A DNA stretch of 63,728 nucleotides, counting the filler, from Welwitschia mirabilis (Eukaryota), in the NCBI GenBank assembly GCA_051453625.1. It is 6 parts of one record of this genome, joined end to end, with 100 filler letters (N's around TTAATTAATTAA, not from the genome) between each part and the next. Parts side by side here need not be neighbours in the genome. Positions count along the whole stretch, not along the records: positions 48,320 to 61,385 come from JBOZIK010000001.1; positions 61,486 to 63,728 come from JBOZIK010000001.1; 4 more parts are not named here. One strand, 5' to 3'. Below are positions 54,143 through 63,728 of the stretch, one piece after another. Under the pieces are notes generated by a model. It searched no databases and was not told where the DNA came from. It saw nothing but the letters and a program-made list of their open reading frames with translations. The position numbers were made by a program, and so were the translations under genes. Each line of letters begins with the position of its first letter. Positions within the stretch are counted from its first letter, which is position 1.

Positions 54143-55093
54143 TCACAGTTTGTCTGTAATCTTCTGAGCTTGAAGAGCAATTTCTTTGACAGCCAATATC
54201 TCCTTCATCAAGTCCTCATTCCTGACTTGTGTTGAGCTAGAACCTTCCTCTGTTCTTTGTTTCTTCGTGGGACGAGGGGAAGAACCAATAACTTCAAACA
54301 GGATTTTCAATTTCTTTAGTGAATAAAGCCCCAGAGGTTTAGGCACCTTTACCATTTCTTCATCCTTCTGAATGGCAAAATCATGATTTTCTAAAATTGT
54401 TGTAATAAAGCCTTCAAATGGCAAACTACTATACCCAGGTGGAATAAATTGACTCATATAAAACATAATAAACTTATATAAATTTAAACATATGCCAAGA
54501 CAAAACAATATATATGCACAAACTGGAAAGACTTCATCTTTATGGCCGAGCTTTGGCACAAGGTTATGAGTAAAAATCTAGAAGAGAACTCTGTAAAATG
54601 AAGTTAACTTATTTGTGAGAAGGTTTGCATGCCAATGAAAATTTGTCCCACACAATTCTGTAGTCAGAACTTCAATTGAAACAGCCTCTTTTAGAGAACT
54701 TACTAAAGTTATTTCTCTACATAATCCCTCATTGGGAAAGCTAGTAACCAATGAGATAGATTCCAAGTCCACATCAACCCATCTATCATACACTTTGGTA
54801 GTAATCACCTAGTTGGAAGAATGGAAATGAGCATTATAGTAAAATAAGCATACCATACTTGTAGAAGTTTGAGTGTTGGGGTCTAAAGAATACTGCCAGC
54901 CCTGTTTTGCAAATTTATCCATAATGGGAACCTCTCTCCTAAAAGAATGGTAGTCTATATGCCTTTTAGATGCCAACAGATGCTTGTTGTAACTTGCAAA
55001 CCATGCTTTGCGATGTTTAGGTGACATGAACCAATCAGATTCAGATTCAGCCTTCTTCTCTTTCCTGGACACGCCAATCTTACTTCTGACCAT
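54143..55093 (-). pseudogene. SIRE env-like ORF (~315 codons) with two in-frame stops
   Basis: ORFs 54809-55102, 54578-54808 and 54143-54559 share one frame; motifs LFYYNA, HNLVPKLGHKDEV, SLPFEGFIT; located between RH and PPT. Confidence 0.8.
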
Positions 55094-55539
55094 GATGACC
55101 AACTCTTAGTCTTTAGAGCACGAACAAGGCAGGAGAAAATGAGAGAATGAGAGAAGGAAGACACAAATTTGGCTTTTTAAGTGCTAGAGGAGCATGGGTG
55201 TCCCACTAGGGTTACGTCCATGTTACTAAGCAGACGTTTGGGTTTTAAAAACCGGACATCTGGGTTGTAACCAAAAAAAATTGCAAGTTGAAAAAGAGCA
55301 GACGTCGGAGATACAAGATGGGATGNNNNNNNNNNNNNNNNNNNNNNNNNNNNNNNNNNNNNNNNNNNNNNNNNNNNNNNNNNNNNNNNNNAGGACGTCT
55401 AGGTGCAAAACAAAGATAGATTTAAGAAAACCTCCAAAAAGATAAAGCTCACAACACAATAAAAGAAGTCACTTCAATGACTGATTTTCTTAGGAAAGCG
55501 CATTTAGAACACAAGCAATTGATTTGTTGGGAAAGAGGG

Positions 55540-58500
55540 TAAGGCCCTATACCTAGATTTCTTCTAAGGTAACCAAATTAATCTTTAGATAAGCTTTTGG
55601 TCATTATATCGGCAATTTGATCATGGGTTGACACATACTGTAGATCAATTATTTTGTTTTACACTTGCTCTCAGATAAAATGGTGTCTAATATCAATGTG
55701 CTTAGTTCTCGAGTGCTGGACTGGATTTTCTGTAATATTTATCACACTTGTATTGTCACAAAAAAGTTTTATTAATCTAATTTTATACCAAATCTAAAAG
55801 CATTTGTTTCATCCACAACAGTTGAGCATAGCACGCTCTTGCAGCAATGTATTCGGCTTTTGCGGTTCATAGAGATGTAGAGTTTTGTTTTCTGCTGAGC
55901 CAAGACACTAAACAATTTCCCATGTAAAAATATGCCCCACTTGTACTTTTGCAATCATCTACACACCCTGCCCAATAGGCATCGCTATACCCAACCAATT
56001 CTATAGAGTGTCAAAAGGATACCCAAGACCCTAATGTTGCNNNNNNNNNNNNNNNNNNNNNNNNNNNNNNNNNNNNNNNNNNNNNNNNTCTTTTGGACTA
56101 GCCTGATATCGAGCACAAACTCCAACACTGTGAGCTATATCGGGCCTACTTGCTGTGACATACAAAAAACTACTAATAATCCTTCGATAAAGCTTCTGAT
56201 CAACATCCTTATCAGTGTCATCTTTCCCTAGGTTGATGTTAGTAGAGAGTGGGGTTCTAGCATCTTCGACATTGTTCATCTCATATCTCTCTAACATCTC
56301 TTGAATATATTTAGTTTGACCTATAAAGATTCTGTCTTTTGATTGTTTGACTTGCAATCTGAGAAAGAATTTTAAGTCACCCATGAGACTCATCTCAAAT
56401 TTATTTTTCATGAGTTTCTCAAATTTGATTGCGAGACTGTCCTTGGTCACTCCAAACACAATGTCATCCACATAAATCTAAATTATAAGCATATTCTTGT
56501 CTTCCCTTTTTATGAATAATGTTGGGTCAGCACTTCTCTCAGAAAAACCATTTAAAACTAAGAAAGAGGTCAATCTCTCAAACCACGCTCTAGGTGCTTG
56601 TTTAGACCATATAAAGCTTTATTTAATTTATAAACATGAGTTAGATATTTTGGATCAACAAATCCTTGTGGTTTAGCTACATAGACTTCTTCTGTAATAT
56701 ATCCATTTAAAAAAGCACTTTTAACATCCATCTGATACAATCTTATTTTGTGATAGCAAGCAAAAGCTAGCAGCATTCTAATTGTTTTAAGTCTTGCTAC
56801 TGGAGTAAAGGTTTCCCTATAATCTATTCCTTCTTGTTGACTATATCCTTAGGCTACTACCCTTGCTTTGTTTTGAATAACATTGTGATTTTTGTCTTTC
56901 TTGTTCTTAAAAACCCATTTAGTTCTAATGATATGCTTACCCTTTAGATGAGGCACAAGATCCCACACGTGATTTCTTTCAAATTGATTTAATTCTTGTT
57001 GCATGGCCAACATCCACGATTCATCTTACTCTGCTTCTTGAAAGGTTTTAGGCTCTAAAGTAGAAAGACAACATAAAAAACTGTTACTTATGGCCTTTCT
57101 ACTTCGAGTTTTGTTCCTTAATCAAGATTACTTATGACATTTTCTTGTGGATGATCTCTTTTGGTTCTCAAGGGAAGAATAGAGTGTTTTTGGACTTGCT
57201 CCTTTTCATTAGATGAAGAATCATTGTTACTTTTGGAAAAAGAGGGTTCAACAATTATGGTGTCTTCACTGTCATCAGATGTTAGTTTAGTGTTGAAATC
57301 ATCATCTATCTTGNNNNNNNNNNNNNNNNNNNNNNNNNNNNNNNNNNNNNNNNNNNNNNNNNNNNNNNNNNNNNNNNNNNNNNNNNNNNNNNNNNNNNNN
57401 NNNNNNNNNNNNNTGTCTTCCCTTTTTATAAACAATGTTAGGTCAGCACTTTCCTTAAAACCATTTGTAACTAGGAAGGAGGTCAATCTCTCAAATCATG
57501 CTTGAGGTGCTTGTTTGAGACTATAAACATGATTTGGATACTTTGGATCAATAAATCCTGGTGATTAAGCTACATAAATTTCTTTTGTGATGTATCCATT
57601 TAGAAAAGCATTTTTAACATTCATCTGATACAATCTTATTTTGTAATAGCAAGCAAAAGCTAGCAGCATTCTAATTGCTTCTAGTCTTGCTACTAGAGCA
57701 AAGATTTCCCAATAATCTATTCCTTCTTGTTGACTATATCCTTGGGCTATTAGTCTGGCTTTATTTTGAACAACATTGTGATTTTCATCTTTTTGGTTTT
57801 TCAAAATCCATTTAGTTTCGATTGTATGCTTATCCTTTGGATGAGGTACAATATTCCACACTTTGATTTCTTTCAAATTGACTTAATTCTTGTTGCATCG
57901 CTAGCATCCATGATTTGTCTTGCTCAGCTTCTTGAAAGGTTTTAGGCTCTAAGGTAGAAAGAAAGCATAGAAAACTGTTACTTATGGCCTTTCCACTTTG
58001 AGGAGTTGTTCCTTGATCAAGATTACTCATTACATTTTCTTGCGGATGATGTCTTTTGGTTCTCAAGGGAAGGGTAGAGTGTTTTTCGACTTGCTCCTTT
58101 TCGTTTGATAAAGAATCATTATTACCTCTAGAAGAAGAGGGTTCAACAATTATAGTGTCTTCACAGTCGTTAGATACTGGTTTAGAGTTGAAATCATCAT
58201 CTATCTTGACATGAACAGTTTCTTCAACTCTACTGGAAGCCTTGTTGTAAACTTTGTAGGCTTTACTTGTCATAGAATATCCTAGAAAAGTTCCTTCATC
58301 TACCTTAGACTCAAATTTATCATTTTCTCCATTATTTTTGAGGATTAAACATTTACTTCCAAACACTTTGAGATAACTTACATTGGGTTTCTTTCCATTC
58401 CACAACTCATAAGGCGTTTTATCCGTTTTTGGTCTTAGGAAGACTCTGTTTCTAATGTAACAAACAATGTTGACTGCTTCTGCCCAAAAATGTTGAGGGA

Positions 58501-59445
58501 GCACTTTGTCATTTAACATGGTTCTTGTCATTCAATTAAAACCCTATTCTTTTTTTCTGCTACTCATTTTGTTGAGGGGTTCTTGGAGTTGAGAGTTGAT
58601 GAGATATGCCATATGAATCACAGAAACTTTTGAATTTCTCGTTAACAAACTTTCCTCCTCTATTAGATCGAATGGTCTTAATAAGATCCCCTTTCTCATT
58701 TTGTATTCTTCTGCAAACTTTAACAAACACAGTAAAGTTTCGTTTTTGCTGACTAAGAAAAAGACCCAACAAAAACGAGAGAAATTATCAACCATGACTA
58801 GAAAATATCTTTTGCCTCTAATACTCCTCGTTTGAACCGATCCAACTAAATCCATATGGATCAGATCTAAAAGTCTTATGGAAGTTGTGAGGGTCTTAGT
58901 TTTGAAGTGAGTTTTAGTTATTTTTTCTTTAACACATGACTCACACATCTTAGCTTGATCCATGTTGAGTTTAGACACTCCTCTCACAATTTCTTTTACT
59001 GAAATCTTGAATAAATCCTTAAGGTTTATGTGACACAGTCTCTTGTGCGATAGGTCGATATCATTATTTTTAGCAAAATAACAATCTTTACTTGATTTGT
59101 TGTTATTCTTTTCGATCACATACATGCATCTAGATCTACTACTTGTGAGCACAACTTTGTTAGTGATGGCATTACGAATAACATACTTGTCTTGATGAAA
59201 TGACACAATGTTGCCTCTATCACATATTTGGGATATACTTCAGAGATTGTGTTTTAGGCCATTGACTAGGTACACATCATGAATTGTTGGATGATCATCA
59301 TTAGCATTTACAGTACCCTTTCCAATAATAAACTCCTTGCTGTTGTCACCAAACGTCACTTCTCCATCATTGTACTCTTAAAAAGACGAAAGCAGATTTT
59401 TATCTCCTGTCATGTGCCTAGAGCACCCACTATCTAAATACCACC
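55540..59445 (-). pseudogene. Copia pol (PR, GAG-pre-integrase, INT, RT, RNase H) with frameshifts and an internal duplication
   Basis: ORFs 58544-59206 (LDLIHMDL), 57830-58531 (FWAEAV, TPYELW), 57565-57876 and 56570-56776 ([11 protein letters not shown]), 56031-56471 (SRPDIA), RTKHID. Confidence 0.92.
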
Positions 59446-61121
59446 TAGTTCAATCTTGAGCTTTAAAGCAGCATGCACAAAAAGAGAGGGTATCTTTTTT
59501 CTAACCCATTGAAATTTGACTTGACGATGTTGACTGGGTTGGGAAGATTTTCTAACAAATCTGAAGCCATAGTTTAAGTTAAAATAAAGTGATTTCTTAT
59601 AGGGACAAGCAAATTGAACATGACCATTCTTATTGCAAAAATAACATTTGAGACTAGCTTTAACAAAGTTTTCATATCTCTTGCTAGGCCGAAAGTTTTG
59701 TAAAACAAGAAAACTAGATGTGTTACAACCAAGTCCTGACTTATCCCAAGGATTGTGTCCTGATCTAAACAGTTTATTTGAATTGTCATTTCCTCTAGTT
59801 AAACGTGTCGCAATCCCTTCAGCATCTTGAAATTCAAGAGTTAATGACTTAATTTTTGCGTTTGCTTCTTTTAACTTACATTCTAAATCATCAATCGTTT
59901 TTCTAAAGCAGGCATTTTTCTTTTCTAAGCTAACGCTGAACGAATACAAATTTTCATAGACGTCTGATATCTTGTCAACATCTAAATCGTTGCAAGCAAG
60001 AGAAACATTTTCGGAAAAATCGTGTTTACAGATAGAAGCATGATCAATATTCAAATGACTAGAAGAAGTTGAAGTGCTTACCTCATCTACTACAGCGAGA
60101 AGACCAAAGTTCACCATGTCATCATCATCAGTTGAGTCCATTTGTTCATCTTCTGATTTATCCCATGTGGCTTTGAATACTTTCTTCCCCTTGTCTCTTT
60201 TGTCCTTTTTGTTGTTAGCACAATCTGTAGCTATATGTCCAAAAACTTTGCATTCATAACGTTGAATTGATTGAGATGATTTCTTATCTTTATCCATTTT
60301 ATCTTTCATCGGTCTTTTGGAGAATTTTGATTCCTTATTTTTGCAAAACCGCTTGAAATTTCTGGTAAGAAGGGCTAGATCTTCATCAAGATTGTCTTCA
60401 TTTGAGCTACTGTCATTTGAATCCTCATTTGCGTTCAGTGTAATGCCTTTTTGTTTTGGAGTTTCCTCATCCAGTAGGATAGTTGCTTCATAAGCCATCA
60501 AGGATCCTTTAGTTCTTCCACCTTCATTCTATCTATGTTCTTGCTTTCTTCTATAGCTGCCACTTTTGGTTTAAACTTTAGAGTAAGGCTCCTTATAATC
60601 TTCCTTACAACTTGATTCTCTGGAATCCTTTCACCCAAGCCCCACATAGTGTTAACTATATTACTGATCTCTGTTGTGAACTCAGCCACTGATTCTGATT
60701 CTTCCATCCTAATATTCTCATATTTGGTGGCAAGAAGTTGAAGCTTTGAATTTTTCACAATGTTCGTACCTTCATGTGCCACTTTCAGGGTGTCCCACAT
60801 TTCCTTGGCACTAGTGCACTGCACAATCTAGTCATACTCCTCAATTGACAAGGCACAGATTATAGCATTCATCGCCTTGGCATTGTTGTGAACTTCTCTC
60901 TTGTCTTCGTCATCCCATTCACCTCTGGATTTCAGTGTAACTACTCCAGTTATATCAAACTTAGTAGGAGGTTGGTATCCGAACTCTACCAAGTCCCGGA
61001 TGTCTGGATAAAGGGATGCCAAAAAGATACTCATTTTAGACTTCCAATAAGCATAGTTGTTCCTGTCAAAGAATGGTGGCCTGGAAACTACATGACCTTC
61101 TGAGTAACTTAAGGATGTCAT
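59434..61121 (-). pseudogene. Copia gag (UBN2-like, zinc knuckles), disrupted
   Basis: RPPFFD.NNY.YWK; SAKEMWDTL; CYFCNKNGHVQFAC plus a degenerate first knuckle; one stop and one frameshift. Confidence 0.9.
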
Positions 61122-61170
61122 GAATCTACTTAAAAAAGAGCACACAAATGCACTAATCTAGAGCAACCAT

Positions 61171-61182
61171 GCTCTGATACCA
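61171..61182 (-). promoter_or_regulatory. Primer-binding site, tRNA-iMet
   Basis: gctctgatacca = minus-strand TGGTATCAGAGC, 2 nt from the LTR. Confidence 0.92.
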
Positions 61183-61184
61183 AT

Positions 61185-61285
61185 TGTTAGGATCAATAGG
61201 CACCCTAGAGGGGGGGGGATGAATAGGGTAATTTAAAATTATTGCTAATTAACAACAAATTTAGATCTTGCACGTAAATGGAAAT
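61185..61285 (-). repeat. SIRE 5' LTR, U5 end (interrupted)
   Basis: Near-identical to 52445-52542. Confidence 0.9.
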
Positions 61286-61385
61286 TGTTAAGATGGTAGA
61301 AGCACCCTAGAGGGGGGGTGAATAGGGTAAATTTAAAATTATTGCAAAAGATGAATATATAACTCAAACTTCACAATTAAAACAA
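61286..61385 (-). mobile_element. End of a second, related SIRE LTR nested in the 5' LTR
   Basis: New tgttaag start followed by caccctagaggggggtgaatagggtaa; flanking sequence differs from the host LTR. Confidence 0.7.
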
Positions 61386-61485
61386 NNNNNNNNNNNNNNN
61401 NNNNNNNNNNNNNNNNNNNNNNNNNNNNNTTAATTAATTAANNNNNNNNNNNNNNNNNNNNNNNNNNNNNNNNNNNNNNNNNNNN
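61386..61485. other. Artificial assembly spacer N44-TTAATTAATTAA-N44
   Basis: Same 100-nt linker. Confidence 0.95.
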
Positions 61486-63728
61486 TTATCATTGATGGAT
61501 GGTTATTTAGGTTATAATCAAATATTCATCAATCCTAAAGATCAACATCAGATAACTTTTATCACACCCTAGTGTCTTTTTTGCTATGTTATCATGACTT
61601 TTGAACTAAAGAATGTTAGCGCAACATACCAAAGAGTGATGATACACCTATTCCACAACATGTTACATCACAATGTAGAAGATTATATTGATGACATCAA
61701 AGGTAAATCAAAANNNNNNNNNNNNNNNNNNNNNNNNNNNNNNNNNNNNNNNNNNNAATAAAAAAAATATAATTTATTACTTAATCCAAAAAGAAATAAA
61801 TTTTTAGTGTACCATTAGGAAAGCTCTTAGGTTTCATGGTATTAAAATTAGGTATAAAAATTAACCCAAAAAAGATCAAAGCAATTACCAATATGCCATT
61901 ACAACACAACTTGAAACAGTTACCTAGTCTCCAAGATAGACTACAAGTAATATTTCATTTCAACTTTAATGGATGTGAACCGTTTATGATTTTACTCAAG
62001 AAAGAGAATTAGTTCAAATGGGATAAATACTGTTAAAAGGCTTTTGATAAAATTAAGGAATATTTGACATCTACCCTTGTTCTAACTTCACCCAAGCTTA
62101 ATTAACCATTTTACCTTTACCTAGCATACACACCATTATCAATTAGTGTAATGATCTTTCATCGTGATGAATTACTTCGAGATTACCCAATTTACTACAT
62201 CAGTAGAACATGCATCAATTTGAGAAAAATTACATTAAAGTAGAAAAGGCATGTTGTTTTACAAAAGTTTAATCATTATATGATGCTAAATAAAATAATT
62301 GCAATCAACAATTAGAATTCACTCAAACATCTCCTTTAATATTCTATTGGAAGTACTCAATTAACCAAAATGGACATCGATTCTCATTGAATTGACCCAG
62401 AATTTCAATCTGAAAAGTCAGTTAAAGGTAAATGTGTAGTTGAACAAATAGAAAATCTATAAGTAGAATCTAAAGATGAAACCTTAGGAGGATCTAAACA
62501 ATTCTCTAATGAAGAAATCCATTTCATATAAACAAAAAAGAACTGAGATGTACTAATGTTTTTCCTTGGTGAGTTAAATAGAAATGGTGGTTTTGCAGGA
62601 GCGGTCTTTTTCTTGAGTAACAACACAAGTTTACCATTTTCTTTGAAGCTGAATTTTTCTTGTGTAAATAACATAGTTGAGTATGAAGCGTTATTAAGGG
62701 GAAAAACCCTAGTAATTCAAGTTGATTTTAAGAGGTTATACATTTTCAGTAATTCACAATTAGTGGTTAATCAAGTACTAGGTAAGTATAAAGAAAAATC
62801 AAAGACTTAGGTTTCTACATACAGAACGTGATAAAGTTGCTTTCTACATTCAACCATTATGAAATCTTGAATATTACTAAAAATGAAAACGAGTTCATTG
62901 ATTACCTTATGAACTTGACTTAAACATGCTTCAACGATCTGTCATTTAAGGATTACGTCACATGTATCGATCTAAACCGAAACTTCATTGATAAACAACC
63001 AATAGTAGCTCATTCAAAATTATCACAATATGAGATAAATCAACCTATAAAAATTTGTAAATTCAAAGATAAATGGTATGACACTTTGATAAATTACCTT
63101 AACAATTAACATCTACTAGAAAATTTCAAATCTATTCAAAGATGAAATTTTTAAAATTAAGTTACATGCTTTATTATGATCTAAAATGAACTATACAAGA
63201 AGTTAAATGATGTTGTCTAACTGAGATGTTTAAAATCAAGCAAAGCATGTCTTGAAAGAAACACATGCTAGTTTATGTAGTCCTCACTAAGGAAAAATCA
63301 CTATTAACCCATGTTATAAGAATTGGTTACTTCTAGAAAACCATGAGTAATGATTGTTTCAAAATTGTAAAATGTATCACAATGGGTAGATTTTTTCCAT
63401 CTAGAATACATCAACCACCTATTGAGATTTTTTTATCTGATCCTATTTGGGTATTCAGAAAATAGAGTATGGATTAAATTAATCCAATTATACTGACTTC
63501 ATCTGAATAACATACTTACATTCTCACTGCAACCGAATACTTTTCGGAATGAGTAGAAGCAATACTTTATGTTAAATAATCACAAAAAAAATCCAAAAAT
63601 TTAATTCTAGATAACATCATTACAAGATTCAATATCCTTTATATCATTATTAGTGATAACCACCCACAATTTAAATCTATTAAATTGAAAAATTTCTTGA
63701 ATAAATGGGGGATAAAACATTCATTTAC
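61486..63728 (+). pseudogene. Decayed Ty3/Gypsy Tat/Ogre-like pol: RT, RH, additional RNase H, integrase
   Basis: DGYLGYNQI, ELKNVSATYQRVM, EDYIDDI, GKLLGF; RNase HI-like NNIVEYEALL.G...SNSQLVVNQV (62556-62810); INT-like ILTATEYFS and IISDN. Confidence 0.85.

Larger units (their letters stand above)
52445..61385 (-). mobile_element. Near-complete Ty1/Copia SIRE (Sirevirus)-like element in the uricase intron
   Basis: Matching LTR termini at 52445 and 61185; Met PBS; gag with two zinc knuckles; PR WYLDSGCSRHMTG; INT before RT-RH; env-like ORF; multiple PPTs. Confidence 0.92.

Noticed and set aside
59434..59470. Programmed gag-pol frameshift
   Set aside because: The element has several other disabling frameshifts, so this one cannot be distinguished from decay without other copies

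Overview
AT-rich, gap-ridden eukaryotic (land-plant, probably seed-plant) genomic DNA. It consists of six assembly segments joined by five artificial 100-nt spacers (N44-TTAATTAATTAA-N44). Almost all of it is nested, mostly decayed LTR retrotransposons: several Ty3/Gypsy Athila-like elements, two Ty1/Copia SIRE (Sirevirus)-like elements with env-like extra ORFs plus a third remnant, a Tat/Ogre-like pol fragment with an extra RNase H, and a short CRM-like LTR. The only host gene I can support is the last three exons of a peroxisomal urate oxidase (uricase; minus strand, 50349-50871, ending in SKL). Its upstream intron (>=10.5 kb) carries a near-complete SIRE element. The most notable structures are a shared LTR flanked by both a PBS and a PPT (tandem Athila array), multi-layer nesting, internal tandem duplications, palindromic LTR repeat arrays and strong CAA>TAA decay. 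I found no prokaryote-type systems (CRISPR, operons) and nothing I can honestly call a new biological system. All identities are judged by eye, and boundaries marked approximate are uncertain.
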